A DNA stretch of 64,000 bases from Patescibacteria group bacterium (GCA_023485445.1 JAMCZT010000026.1:5708-69707), one strand, 5' to 3'; numbered from the stretch's first letter, positions 1-10,031 are shown. Notes: generated by a model from the letters alone, not told the origin. Numbers and translations: made by a program.

Positions 1-1491
1 GACGGCGTGAGGAATTCCTTTTCGTTTCAGTAGTTCGGAAAGGAGCTCGTTTTTCTCGATTGAAGTGGTTCCAACCAAGATTGGCTGTCCTTTCTCGTGT
101 CTTTCGATAATTTCTTTGACGATGGCTTCATATTTTCCTCTTTCGTTTTTATAAACAAAATCAGAGTGGTCCTTACGGATCATGGGCTGATGGGTCGGAA
201 TAGTCACGACATCAAGTTTGTAAATCTTATGAAATTCTTCCGCTTCTGTGGCGGCTGTTCCGGTCATACCAGCGAGTTTTTCATACATTCGAAAGTAGTT
301 TTGGAAAGTGATGGTGGCCAAAGTCTTTGACTCTTTTTGAACTGGAACGCTTTCTTTAGCTTCGATTGCTTGGTGGAGGCCTTCGCTATAACGGCGGCCA
401 AACATCAATCGTCCCGTGAATTCATCGACGATAATGACTTCGCCATCTTTAACTACGTAATCACGGTCTTTTTTAAATAAGGTTTTGGCCTTCAAAGCTT
501 CTTCCACATGGTGGACGGTCTCAAAATCCTTTTCGTAGAGGTTTTCCACTCCCAGCATCCGTTCGATCTTAGAAATTCCGATTTCGGTTAAATTCACTGT
601 TTTGAGCTTTTCATCAACAGAATAATCGGTTTTGTCTTGAAGTTTTTCGGCCAGATTGGCAAAATCGTAATATCTTTCGGTTGATTCTTCAGCTGGGGCG
701 CTAATGATTAGCGGTGTTCGGGCTTCATCGATCAGGATGGAGTCAACTTCATCCACGATGGAGAAATAATGCTCTCGTTGGGCCATTTGGCTTAAGTCCC
801 AAACCATGTTATCCCTAAGGTAATCAAAACCAAATTCGTTATTGGTTCCGTAAGTGACATCAGCAAGATATGCCTCTTTCCGGGAGACCTCTCTTAAAAA
901 TTTACCGATTCCTAGACCTTCCTGCTCTGGAGTTGCTGCCTCTTTTTCAGAAGTTTCTTGATTTTTTTCTATCTCTTCCTTTTTGCTTTCCGCCTCTGGA
1001 TCAAAGAGGTAAGATTTTTCATGATTTATCACTCCAACACTGATGCCTAAGGCGTGATAAATCGGTCCCATCCACTCAGCATCTCGGCTAGCTAGATAGT
1101 CGTTGACCGTGACCAGGTGGCCACCCCGGCCTGTTAAAGCATTGAGATATAAAGGGAGAGTAGCCACTAGGGTTTTTCCTTCTCCGGTTTTCATTTCGGA
1201 GATTTTTCCCTCGTGGAGAACAATTCCCCCGATCAACTGAACGTCAAAGTGACGCATTCCTACCGTGCGTCTTGAAGCCTCCCGGACCGCCGCGAAGGCT
1301 TCCGGGAGAAGATCATCAAGAGTTTCGCCGCGTTCGAAGCGGAGTTTAAACTCCGAGGTTTTCGCCTTTAACTCTTCGTCCGAAAGCTTTTTCATCTCCG
1401 GTTCCAAAGCGTTGGTCTTCTCCACAGTCGGAAGAACACGTTTTATTTCTTTTTCATTCGAATCCAATAATTTACCTAAAAAACCTAACAT
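1..1491 (-). CDS. secA: Protein translocase subunit SecA (5' part; runs off window edge)
   Basis: Manual translation from ATG at 1491: [18 protein letters not shown]...[77 protein letters not shown]. Missing from the ORF track because there is no stop in the window. Confidence 0.97.
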   Translation of the reverse strand, partial: MLGFLGKLLDSNEKEIKRVLPTVEKTNALEPEMKKLSDEELKAKTSEFKLRFERGETLDDLLPEAFAAVREASRRTVGMRHFDVQLIGGIVLHEGKISEMKTGEGKTLVATLPLYLNALTGRGGHLVTVNDYLASRDAEWMGPIYHALGISVGVINHEKSYLFDPEAESKKEEIEKNQETSEKEAATPEQEGLGIGKFLREVSRKEAYLADVTYGTNNEFGFDYLRDNMVWDLSQMAQREHYFSIVDEVDSILIDEARTPLIISAPAEESTERYYDFANLAEKLQDKTDYSVDEKLKTVNLTEIGISKIERMLGVENLYEKDFETVHHVEEALKAKTLFKKDRDYVVKDGEVIIVDEFTGRLMFGRRYSEGLHQAIEAKESVPVQKESKTLATITFQNYFRMYEKLAGMTGTAATEAEEFHKIYKLDVVTIPTHQPMIRKDHSDFVYKNERGKYEAIVKEIIERHEKGQPILVGTTSIEKNELLSELLKRKGIPHAV

Positions 1492-1510
1492 TCTCAATTA
1501 CCTTCCTAAA

Positions 1511-1677
1511 GTCATTTCTGAGCGAGCGAAGAAATATCGCAAGCGTTAGCGAGGGAGATATTTCAAACGCAGTGAGAAATCTAGCAAATCAAGGTCTGGA
1601 TTTGCGTTCGAATTTTATTGCGCTACGCTAGATTTCTCGTCCTCCTTCGTCAAGACTACGGACGGACTCGAAATGAC
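1511..1677. repeat. REP/RPE-like palindromic intergenic element (GTCATT...AATGAC type)
   Basis: Terminal GTCATTTC/GAAATGAC inverted repeat plus internal 12-bp inverted repeat GAGAAATCTAGC (1574-1585)/GCTAGATTTCTC (1627-1638). Confidence 0.7.
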
Positions 1678-1787
1678 ACTAATATTCTACCATTTTGATC
1701 TCGGAAATGCCAGTTTACCTTGAGGTTTGTTTGAGGTGATAAGAGAGGGTTTCTCCTTCGCTCGACTCTGCATTCATCACCGACACA

Positions 1788-1856
1788 TTAAACAGCCTGT
1801 TTATCAGTTAAAACGGAGGTTTTGGCAAATTTTCCAACGCTTATCGTCTTCGTCAT
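1788..1856 (-). pseudogene. Leaderless 22-codon ORF, possible decayed Phd/YefM-type antitoxin
   Basis: TTTACT-17-TACCCT-6nt-ATG; MTKTISVGKF, and with a one-base frameshift RQNL, resembles a Phd/YefM N-terminus. Confidence 0.3.
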
Positions 1857-1904
1857 GCTTTTAGGGTATCAAAAATTTTGGAGAGAGTAAAGTTGCGTAG
1901 GTGA

Positions 1905-1944
1905 GAAAAAGGAAGCGCTCGGGGACGAAAGATCCACGAGCGCT
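1905..1944 (-). terminator. Intrinsic terminator of purD
   Basis: AGCGCTCG/CGAGCGCT stem followed by a U-rich tract on the minus strand, just downstream of the purD stop. Confidence 0.65.
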
Positions 1945-1951
1945 CTGTAAA

Positions 1952-3280
1952 TTAAACTATATCTTCTGCAATATCGGTTCGGTAATGGATTCCTGAGAAC
2001 CATACCTGGCCAGCGGCAAGATAAGCTTCCCATTTAGCCCGCTTAAAGCTCTTTCCTCGACCAACAGCCATTAAAACACGCCCGCCATTGGTGACCAGGT
2101 TTCCGTTGCTATCTTTGATCGTGCCCGCGTGAAAGATTAAAGTATTTCCTTCGATTTCGCCGAGAATTCGGATGAATTCCCCCATTTGTAGGTTTTTGCT
2201 GGTTGGGTAACCCTTAGAGCAAAGGACTACCCCCACGTAGACAAAATCCTTTTTCCAGGCTACGTCGATAAGGTTTAGCTTTCCCTCAAGGCAAGCAAAA
2301 ATGACTTCCAGCAAGTCGTTTTCCAGCTGGGGGAGAATAACTTGGGTTTCTGGATCTCCAGGGCGACAATTGAACTCAAGGACTTTTGGATGACCGCTTT
2401 TGGTGATAATGAAACCAGGATAAATGACACCCACGAAAGGGTGGTTTTTGGCCGCTAATCCGCGAATCATGGTCTCGGTGATCTTGACCATTTCTTCGAA
2501 AGTGTTTTTGGCTAACCAGGGGACGGGGCTATAGCATCCCACACCTCCGGTATTTTGCCCGCGGTCTCCATTGTAGATTTTTTTGTAATCATGAGCAGGA
2601 ACCATGGGAACGATGTTCCAACCGTCGCTAAAAGCTAAAAGAGAGACCTCTTGGCCGGTTAAAAAATCTTGGATTAGTAATTTCTTTCCGGCGTCTCCAT
2701 ATTCTTTGGATGCCATAAAGTCATCAATGATTTCGAAGGCCTCCTTAATGGTATAGGCGATAACGACTCCCTTTCCTGAAGCGATTCCATCCATTTTAAT
2801 GACCAATGGAAGCTTGTGGGTTACTGCTATCTGTTTAGCTTCTTGCCTTGAATTGCATATCTGGCTCTTGGGGCAGGGTATTCCAAATTCCTTCATTAAA
2901 AGGTAGTTTTCCGCCTTGCTTCCTTCAGTAAGAAAGGCGGCCATTTTAGTTGGGCCAAAAGCAAGGATTCCTGCTTGGTATAGTCGATCCACTACCCCGC
3001 GTACAAGTAAGCTGTCGGTCGAAGGAATTACCAAGTCGATTTTTTCTAGCCGGCATTTACAAATTAGGTTTTCAAAGTACTGCTCCCATTTTTCTTCGCA
3101 ATCTGATAGTTTTGGAATCGATAGATCGAAAGAATCAGCAATAGTGGCTGTGCCGCCATTGCCTGGGGCCGCGAAAAGCAATAGGTCTAGATGTTGGCTT
3201 AGTTTCCAAAGGATTGCGTGTTCTCTTGCGCCGGATCCCAAAACTAGAACCCTTCTCAAGGTTTCAGGTATTTTCATCAT
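1952..3280 (-). CDS. purD: Phosphoribosylamine--glycine ligase
   Basis: GSGAREHA, DGIASGKGV, NTGGVG, EFNCRPGDPETQ, FHAGT, TNGGRV and YRTDIA motifs; AAAGGAGAG RBS. Confidence 0.92.
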   Translation of the reverse strand: MMKIPETLRRVLVLGSGAREHAILWKLSQHLDLLLFAAPGNGGTATIADSFDLSIPKLSDCEEKWEQYFENLICKCRLEKIDLVIPSTDSLLVRGVVDRLYQAGILAFGPTKMAAFLTEGSKAENYLLMKEFGIPCPKSQICNSRQEAKQIAVTHKLPLVIKMDGIASGKGVVIAYTIKEAFEIIDDFMASKEYGDAGKKLLIQDFLTGQEVSLLAFSDGWNIVPMVPAHDYKKIYNGDRGQNTGGVGCYSPVPWLAKNTFEEMVKITETMIRGLAAKNHPFVGVIYPGFIITKSGHPKVLEFNCRPGDPETQVILPQLENDLLEVIFACLEGKLNLIDVAWKKDFVYVGVVLCSKGYPTSKNLQMGEFIRILGEIEGNTLIFHAGTIKDSNGNLVTNGGRVLMAVGRGKSFKRAKWEAYLAAGQVWFSGIHYRTDIAEDIV

Positions 3281-3357
3281 TCTCTCCTTTCACCTTTTCT
3301 GTAAACATCTTACCAGATTTCTTTAAAACAGCGCTAGGTCAAGCGCTAAATAGCCCC

Positions 3358-3386
3358 TTGACGGTCTAAATTAGAAAGCGTAAGAT
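3358..3386 (+). promoter_or_regulatory. sigma70-type promoter upstream of a long hairpin
   Basis: TTGACG (3358-3363)-17 nt-TAAGAT (3381-3386). Confidence 0.55.
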
Positions 3387-3408
3387 GCGCTTAAGTGTTA
3401 CCCTGGAC

Positions 3409-3481
3409 AAGTCCCGTAGCAGTTTAGTTAATAGATAAATTTGTCTATTATCTTAGTTGCTACGGGACTTTGTTCCTTTTT
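3409..3481 (+). terminator. Long hairpin with U tail (terminator or small RNA)
   Basis: 13-bp perfect inverted repeat AAGTCCCGTAGCA/TGCTACGGGACTT enclosing a second TAATAGA stem, followed by TGTTCCTTTTT. Confidence 0.6.
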
Positions 3482-3504
3482 GACAAAAACGGCTTATTTG
3501 CTGT

Positions 3505-4623
3505 ATGCTAAAAATTGTGAAGATCGTTGTCATCAATCCCACCTACAATGAAAAAGAAAACATTGCCCATTTGATTCCTGTTTTAGAAGAAGAATTTAAA
3601 AATATCAAACACGATATGCATATTTTGGTCGTGGACGATAATTCTCCCGATGGAACAGCGGAGATAGTTAAAGATCTCGCCAAAAAATATGAAAATGTCC
3701 ACTTAATTACTGGGGAAAAACAAGGGCTGGGAGCCGCGTATATCCGGGGAATGACTTACGCGATGGACAAACTTGGGGCGGACGCGGTGATGGAGATGGA
3801 CGCTGACTTTTCCCATAAACCAGAGGATGCGAAGAGGTTAGTTGAACAACTCGACGCTGGTTTTGATTTTGTCATCGGTTCCCGCTACGTGCCAGGTGGG
3901 ACGATCCCTAAAGAATGGGGCCTGACGCGCCGTTTAAACTCAAAATTTGGCAATATTTTTGCCCGTTACGTGGCTGGCTTATATCATGTTCACGATTGCA
4001 CGGCTGGCTATCGAGCAATTAAAACTTTGATCCTTAAAAAAATTGATCTTGCCCATCTTCACGCTCATGGCTATTCTTTCCAAATGAATCTGCTTTATCA
4101 GGCGGTAAGCCATGGGGCGAAAGTAAAAGAGGTGCCGGTTGATTTTGTGGATCGGAAATTAGGCACTTCAAAGCTTGGCGTCAAGGATATTATGGAATTT
4201 ATGCTTAACGCTTGGGTGATCCGCTTCGAACGTTCCGAAACATTTCTAAAGTTTGCGATCGTGGGAACTTCGGGAGTGGTTGTTAATCTGTTTTTCCTTA
4301 AGTTTATGTATGAAGGGTTAAGCTTCGATAAAAATTTAGCTAGTCCGCTCGCGACTGAGCTGGCGGTTATTTCTAATTTCATCTTTAATAATTATTGGAC
4401 CTTTTCCTCTCGAAACCGTTATTTAAATGACAGGTTTCCAGTAAAATTGCTAAAGTTTAACCTAGTCTCTTTGGTGGGGATAGGGCTAACGAGCCTAATC
4501 TTTTGGATTTTGAGTAATTCTTTTGGAATATACTACTTAGTCGCTCAGTCCCTCGGGATTGTGGTCGTGTTATTTTGGAACTATTTTGTTAACCTAAATT
4601 GGACCTGGCACGTACGAAGATAA
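3505..4623 (+). CDS. Polyprenol-phosphate mannosyltransferase-like GT2 fused to a GtrA-like flippase domain (true start probably GTG 3517)
   Basis: PTYNE, VDDNSPDGT, MDADFSH, IGSRY motifs; C-terminal four-TM GtrA region (KFAIVG...NNYWTF...NLNWTW). Confidence 0.88.
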   Translation: MLKIVKIVVINPTYNEKENIAHLIPVLEEEFKNIKHDMHILVVDDNSPDGTAEIVKDLAKKYENVHLITGEKQGLGAAYIRGMTYAMDKLGADAVMEMDADFSHKPEDAKRLVEQLDAGFDFVIGSRYVPGGTIPKEWGLTRRLNSKFGNIFARYVAGLYHVHDCTAGYRAIKTLILKKIDLAHLHAHGYSFQMNLLYQAVSHGAKVKEVPVDFVDRKLGTSKLGVKDIMEFMLNAWVIRFERSETFLKFAIVGTSGVVVNLFFLKFMYEGLSFDKNLASPLATELAVISNFIFNNYWTFSSRNRYLNDRFPVKLLKFNLVSLVGIGLTSLIFWILSNSFGIYYLVAQSLGIVVVLFWNYFVNLNWTWHVRR

Positions 4624-4666
4624 ACTTTAGGTAGAGGCACCAGATCCAAAACAAATGTTTTGAAAG

Positions 4667-4697
4667 TTTAGAATTTCGTATTTCGAATTTAGAGTTT
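4667..4697. repeat. Degenerate heptamer tandem repeat
   Basis: TTTAGAA TTTCGTA TTTCGAA TTTAGAG TTT in the intergenic space. Confidence 0.5.
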
Positions 4698-4711
4698 AAC
4701 TTGGAGGGTTT

Positions 4712-5449
4712 ATGAAAGGTGTTATTTTGGCTGGGGGAAACGCTACTCGCCTTCGGCCTTTAACGTGGGTTACTAACAAGCATCTGCTGCCGATTTACAA
4801 CAAACCAATGATTTATTATCCTCTCGAATCGATGGCTCGAGCGGGGATTAAAGAAGTCCTGATTACAACTGGACCTGACCATTCAGGGGACTTTATCAAT
4901 TTGCTTCGAAGCGGGAAAGATTTTGGCTTGAAACTTTCTTATGAAATCCAGGAAGATGCAGGTGGGCTTTCCCAAGCGGTTTCCTTGGCCGGAGAATTCG
5001 CGGGTGAAGAGAAAATTTTGGTTATCTTAGGAGATAATATTTTTAAGCACAACTTAGCTAAGGCTGTTGCAGATTTTGAGGAACAAAAAGAAGGAGCGAA
5101 GGTTTTTGGGAAACGGATGGCGACGGAGTGTCGGCAGTACGGGGTGATTGAAATCAAAGATGGTAAAGTGGTTTCGATTGAAGAAAAACCAGAAAATCCC
5201 AAATCAGATATTGCCCAGACAGGCATCTACATGTACGATTCACAAGTTTTTGATTTCATTAAGACTTTGAATCCTTCCGCTAGAGGAGAATTAGAGATTA
5301 CCGACTTAAATAACCTTTACGTGAAGCAGGGGACGATGACTTGCGAGATTATGGAGGATTGGTGGGTGGACGCGGGGACGTCGTTTAATGAGTTGCTAAG
5401 GGCGAATATGTTAGTGGCGGAAGAAGTGAAAAAAGAAAATGGAGGTTAA
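4712..5449 (+). CDS. rmlA: Glucose-1-phosphate thymidylyltransferase (short form)
   Basis: ILAGGNATRLRPLT, KHLLPIYNKPMIYYP, LGDN, EEKP, SARGELEITD motifs. Confidence 0.9.
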   Translation: MKGVILAGGNATRLRPLTWVTNKHLLPIYNKPMIYYPLESMARAGIKEVLITTGPDHSGDFINLLRSGKDFGLKLSYEIQEDAGGLSQAVSLAGEFAGEEKILVILGDNIFKHNLAKAVADFEEQKEGAKVFGKRMATECRQYGVIEIKDGKVVSIEEKPENPKSDIAQTGIYMYDSQVFDFIKTLNPSARGELEITDLNNLYVKQGTMTCEIMEDWWVDAGTSFNELLRANMLVAEEVKKENGG

Positions 5450-5473
5450 GTTTTCAAAACATTTGAAAATTTT

Positions 5474-6022
5474 GTGAATATGGATTTTGTTACTTTAGAA
5501 AACCAGAACAACTTAATTAAGAACGTAATTCTTAAGCCGTTAAAGGTTAATCGAGACCCGCGCGGGTTTTTAGTAGAGACCTTGAAAACGGATTGGACGG
5601 ATGTCTTTGGAAAAGAGCTTTCGTTTGCCCAGAACTATTATTCTATCACTGAGTCAGGAGTAGCGCGAGATGAAGATCGTTTTCATGTCCATCCGACCCA
5701 AATGGATCGGTTTGTTTTCCCAAGGGGAGACGCTGTGGTGGTGCTTTTTGACCCAAGGGAAGACTCACCCACTAGAGGGATTTTGAATTTAGTAAAAATG
5801 GGTGAGAGTAACGGGGACGAAGGGCAATTTTTGCTTCTTATTCCTAATAAAGTGATGCATGGATTTTGTAACGTTGGAGAGACGCAGGCGATGATTCTTA
5901 ACTACCCGAGTAAATTATACGATTCAACCGAAGAAGGCAGAATGCCATTTGCAGAATCTGGTGCTTTTTTTTCCGACGGAACGCCTTTTTCTTGGGACGT
6001 AGTTAGGCAAGTTTTTAGGTAA
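5474..6022 (+). CDS. rmlC: dTDP-4-dehydrorhamnose 3,5-epimerase family protein
   Basis: DPRGFLVE, DPREDSPT, LLIP..VMHGF cupin motifs; lies between rmlA and rmlB. Confidence 0.82.
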   Translation: MNMDFVTLENQNNLIKNVILKPLKVNRDPRGFLVETLKTDWTDVFGKELSFAQNYYSITESGVARDEDRFHVHPTQMDRFVFPRGDAVVVLFDPREDSPTRGILNLVKMGESNGDEGQFLLLIPNKVMHGFCNVGETQAMILNYPSKLYDSTEEGRMPFAESGAFFSDGTPFSWDVVRQVFR

Positions 6023-6037
6023 GGTGAGGTAGCTTTT

Positions 6038-7051
6038 ATGAAATTACTAGTGACCGGAGGTGCCGGGGCGATCGGTTCTAACTTTATCCAATACTGGTTA
6101 AAAACCCATCCAGAGGATGAAGTGGTTAATCTGGATAAGCTGACTTACGCAGGAAATTTAGAAAACCTAAAAGCGGTTGAAAATAATCCTAAATATCAGT
6201 TTGTGAAAGGGGATATTTGCGACACGGGGTTGGTCGGTGCTTTGTTGAAAGATATCGATACGGTAGTTCATTTTGCCGCCGAAAGTCATGTTGATCGCAG
6301 CATTTCAGGTCCGGCCGTTTTTGTTCAGACTAATATTGTCGGAACGCAAGTTTTACTTGACGGCGCGGTTAAGAATAACGTAAAAAGATTTCACCATGTT
6401 AGTACTGATGAAGTTTTTGGTTCCTTAGAATTAGTTTCCCAAGAAAAGTTTAACGAGAATTCCCTTTATAACCCTCACAGCCCCTACTCGGCTAGCAAGG
6501 CCGCTTCAGACCATTTGGTTCGGGCTTATCACGATACTTACGGTTTGCCGATTACTATTACCAATTGTTCCAATAATTTTGGCCCCTATTTTTTCCCGGA
6601 AAAACTATTTCCTTTAGCGATCACTAATTTACTAGAAGGCAAGAAAGTCCCGGTTTATGGGGAAGGCCTTAACGTCCGTGACTGGCTTTACGTTGAAGAC
6701 CATTGCCGGGCGATAGACTTAGTTTTAGAAAAAGGCAAGGTTGGGGAGACTTACTTAGTCGGGGGCAACAATGAAGTGCCGAATATTGAAGCAGTGAAGC
6801 TGATCTTTAAAATTTTAGGCCGACCGGAAACGATGATCGAATACGTCAAAGACCGTCCTGGTCATGACCTTCGCTACGGAATTGATGCGACAAAAATAAA
6901 GGAAGAACTAGGTTGGGAGCCAAAGCACACCTTTGAGGAAGCTTTGCGCGAGACGGTAGAATGGTATAGGAACAACGAAAGCTGGTGGAAAAAGATAAAG
7001 AGCGGAGAATATTTAGAATACTACAAGAAACAGTATGACGGGAAAAGATAG
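6038..7051 (+). CDS. rmlB: dTDP-glucose 4,6-dehydratase
   Basis: DKLTYAGN, HFAAESHVDRSI, STDEVFG, SPYSASKA, DRPGHDLRY. Confidence 0.96.
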   Translation: MKLLVTGGAGAIGSNFIQYWLKTHPEDEVVNLDKLTYAGNLENLKAVENNPKYQFVKGDICDTGLVGALLKDIDTVVHFAAESHVDRSISGPAVFVQTNIVGTQVLLDGAVKNNVKRFHHVSTDEVFGSLELVSQEKFNENSLYNPHSPYSASKAASDHLVRAYHDTYGLPITITNCSNNFGPYFFPEKLFPLAITNLLEGKKVPVYGEGLNVRDWLYVEDHCRAIDLVLEKGKVGETYLVGGNNEVPNIEAVKLIFKILGRPETMIEYVKDRPGHDLRYGIDATKIKEELGWEPKHTFEEALRETVEWYRNNESWWKKIKSGEYLEYYKKQYDGKR

Positions 7052-7053
7052 TT

Positions 7054-7127
7054 GTCATTTTGGCTTGTCTAGAATCTAAAGCAGAAAGGATTCTAGCAGT
7101 TTTTCTTTGCCCGATTGCCAGAATGAC
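7054..7127. repeat. REP/RPE-like palindromic element (GTCATT...AATGAC type)
   Basis: GTCATTTTGGC...GCCAGAATGAC terminal inverted repeat with internal CTAGAATC/GATTCTAG. Confidence 0.65.
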
Positions 7128-7149
7128 GTTGTGAAAGTTAGAGGTTGTA

Positions 7150-8067
7150 ATGAAACTTTTAGTCACCGGAACCTTTGGATTAATTGGCACCAGGTTCTTA
7201 GAATTAAATAACGGTCGTTTTGAAATCGTTGCTTTAGATCGAAATGACGCTCCATCTGAGTTCGAAAATACCTCCTTGGTAAAAGCTGATATTACGGATA
7301 GCCAGGCAATTGAAAAGGCGATTTTAGAGGCCCATCCAGCGGCCGTGTTGCACATGGCTGCTTATACGGATGTCAATGGCGCTGAGAGCAACAAGAAATT
7401 GGCTTGGAATATTAACGTTGAAGGAACAAAAAATATTGCGAAAGCGGCGAAAAAAGTTGGTGCGAAAGTGATATTTCTTTCTACGGACCATACCTTTAAA
7501 GGAAACAGCAAAAGCTACCAAGAAAATGATCAACAAGAACCCATTAATTATTACGGCCAAACCAAATATGAAGCCGAGCAGGCCTTGATGAAAAACGGTT
7601 TGAATTATCTGATTATCCGTTTATCCTATCCTTACAGAGCACGGTTTGAAGCTAAGTCTGACACTGTCCGTTGGATGATTCCAAAACTGCAAAATGGAGA
7701 AACATTAACCTTGGTGAACGACCAGTATATCAGCCCGACTTTTGCCGATGATTTGATAGAAGTAATTTTCAGGCTGATTGAGAAAGGGTCCACCGGCGTT
7801 TTCCATGTGGCCGGCCACGATTGCCTTACCTTTTATGAAATGGGCCAAAAGGTTTGTGAAGTGTTTGGTTTTGAAAAGAGCTTAGTTCAGCCAATTTCGC
7901 TGGAAGAATTTACGGCTAGAACTAACCGAGTGGCAAGGCAGCCAAAGTTGAGTTGCTTAAACGTGGAAAAAGCGGAAAAAGAAATCAGCTTTACGATGAG
8001 TGATTTTGAAGCTGGCTTGAGAAAGATCAAAGAACAGCTAGATAATTCTAATGGAGGTCTTAAGTGA
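7150..8067 (+). CDS. rmlD: dTDP-4-dehydrorhamnose reductase
   Basis: GTFGLIG, AAYTDVNGAE, STDH, YGQTK, DQYISPT motifs. Confidence 0.88.
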   Translation: MKLLVTGTFGLIGTRFLELNNGRFEIVALDRNDAPSEFENTSLVKADITDSQAIEKAILEAHPAAVLHMAAYTDVNGAESNKKLAWNINVEGTKNIAKAAKKVGAKVIFLSTDHTFKGNSKSYQENDQQEPINYYGQTKYEAEQALMKNGLNYLIIRLSYPYRARFEAKSDTVRWMIPKLQNGETLTLVNDQYISPTFADDLIEVIFRLIEKGSTGVFHVAGHDCLTFYEMGQKVCEVFGFEKSLVQPISLEEFTARTNRVARQPKLSCLNVEKAEKEISFTMSDFEAGLRKIKEQLDNSNGGLK

Positions 8068-9086
8068 AAGTTTTAATAACTGGCGGTTGCGGGTATATCG
8101 GAGCTCACACTACCGTTGACTTAGTCAACGAAGGTTTTGATGTTATCTCGATTGATGACAATTCTCGTTCAAACGAAGAGATCCTCAAAGGTGTTGCCAA
8201 AATTACTGGCAAAGAAATTAAAAATTACCGGGTAAACTTATGCGATTCTGGGAGGACGAGAGAAGTTTTTGAACAGAATCGGGATCTTTCAGCGGTAATT
8301 CATTTCGCTGCATACAAAACGGTTCCAGAATCGGTGGAAAATCCTTTGTTGTATTACCGGAACAATATAGATTCTTTGCTTAGTGTTTTGGATTGCCTTG
8401 TTGAATTTAAGATACCTTATTTTGTCTTTTCTTCTTCTTGCGCGGTTTACGGCAATATTGATACTTTACCCGTGACGGAAGAGAGCCCTTTGAAAGAAGC
8501 TGAATGTCCGTATGCCCGGACAAAGCAGATCGGAGAAAAGATTATTTTTGATCTTTCAAAAGTTAGCTCCACTAAGAGTGTTATGCTTCGGTATTTCAAT
8601 CCCGTTGGGGCTCATGAATCTGGTTTGATTGGCGAAGTTCCTTATGGTAAGCCTGAGAATCTAGTTCCGGTGATTACCCAGACGGCAATCGGAAAAATCA
8701 AGGAGTTAACTATTTATGGCAAGGATTATTCCACTCGAGATGGCACTTGCATTAGGGATTATATTCACGTGATGGATATCGCAAATGCTCACACTAAAGC
8801 TGTACAATATTTAGTTGATTCAAAAAATGGTTCAAATTACGAAATATTTAATCTTGGTTCGGGAACGGGTGTGACCGTTTTGGAAGCGGTCAAGGCTTTT
8901 GAGGGTAGTACTGGGGTGAAATTAAATTATACTTTTGGCCCGAGGCGGCCCGGTGATGTCGTGGCAATTTACGCTGACAATAAAAAAGCAATCGAAAAAT
9001 TGAAATGGGATCCCCAAAGAGATATCAACGAAATGATGTCGAGCGCCTGGAAGTGGGAATTGAATTTGGAGAAGAAAGAAGGATAA
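8064..9086 (+). CDS. galE: UDP-glucose 4-epimerase
   Basis: GGCGYIGAH, HFAAYKTVPES, LRYFNPVGAH, DGTCIRDYIHV. Confidence 0.94.
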   Translation: MKVLITGGCGYIGAHTTVDLVNEGFDVISIDDNSRSNEEILKGVAKITGKEIKNYRVNLCDSGRTREVFEQNRDLSAVIHFAAYKTVPESVENPLLYYRNNIDSLLSVLDCLVEFKIPYFVFSSSCAVYGNIDTLPVTEESPLKEAECPYARTKQIGEKIIFDLSKVSSTKSVMLRYFNPVGAHESGLIGEVPYGKPENLVPVITQTAIGKIKELTIYGKDYSTRDGTCIRDYIHVMDIANAHTKAVQYLVDSKNGSNYEIFNLGSGTGVTVLEAVKAFEGSTGVKLNYTFGPRRPGDVVAIYADNKKAIEKLKWDPQRDINEMMSSAWKWELNLEKKEG

Positions 9087-10031
9087 ATGAAAATTGTCGT
9101 TATTGGAGGAGGGACGGGAACATATACTGTTTTAACGGGATTAAAGAAATTTCGCGGGGTGGAGTTAACGGCAATTGTTTCTATGATGGACAGCGGTGGT
9201 AGTTCGGGAAGGTTGCGGGATGAATTTGGTCATCTTCCTCCCGGCGATGTCCGCCAATGTTTAGTGGCTTTAAGCGAAGAAGACCTGATACTCCGCCAGC
9301 TTTTTAACTTTCGTTTTGAAAAAAATAGTTCTTTAAATGGACATAGTTTTGGAAATTTATTTTTGACAGCATTAACCGAGATTACCGGGGGAACAGAAAA
9401 AGCAATCGAGGAAGCGGCAAAAATTTTAACCGTCAAGGGTCGGGTTTTGCCAGTAACTTTGACGAATACTGAGCTTTGCGCCAAATTGGTTGATGGGACG
9501 ATTATCCGCGGAGAAACAAATATTGATGTTCGGAAAATTAAGCCGGAGATAAAAATTGACCATGTTTACCTCGACCCAAAAGCGTCTGTTTATTTACCAG
9601 TTCTCCAATCGATTAAGGAAGCCAATATTCTGGTGATTGGGCCAGGAGACCTTTACAGCAGCATTATTCCGAACCTTTTAGTTAGTGGGGTGTCGGAAGC
9701 AATCAAATCTTCTCGGGCGAAAAAGGTTTATGTTGCCAATTTGATGACCAAACACGGTGAATCAGATCATTTTAAGGCTTCAGATTTTATTAAAGAGGTT
9801 TTGAAATACTTGGGTGATGGAGCCAAAATTGATTATGCAATTGTAAACAAAGGCCGGACCAACAAGATTCAAATGGAAAATTACCAAAAAGAAAACGCTT
9901 TTCTGGTTGAATATGATGAAGAAGAATGCCAAAGATTAGTTAAAAAAGTTATTAGTCGTTCCCTAGTATCTTCTGGGAAACTATTTAGGCACGATCCAGA
10001 GAAACTAGCCAAGTCAATTTTAGGAATATAA
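9087..10031 (+). CDS. yvcK: YvcK/GlmR family UDP-GlcNAc-binding protein (CofD-like superfamily)
   Basis: IGGGTG, DSGGSSGRLR, PPGDVR, GHSFGNL, GPGDLYSSIIPNL, RHDP. Confidence 0.9.
   Translation: MKIVVIGGGTGTYTVLTGLKKFRGVELTAIVSMMDSGGSSGRLRDEFGHLPPGDVRQCLVALSEEDLILRQLFNFRFEKNSSLNGHSFGNLFLTALTEITGGTEKAIEEAAKILTVKGRVLPVTLTNTELCAKLVDGTIIRGETNIDVRKIKPEIKIDHVYLDPKASVYLPVLQSIKEANILVIGPGDLYSSIIPNLLVSGVSEAIKSSRAKKVYVANLMTKHGESDHFKASDFIKEVLKYLGDGAKIDYAIVNKGRTNKIQMENYQKENAFLVEYDEEECQRLVKKVISRSLVSSGKLFRHDPEKLAKSILGI

Noticed and set aside
97-1549. Plus-strand ORFs 97-330 and 1265-1549
   Set aside because: Antisense shadows of secA.
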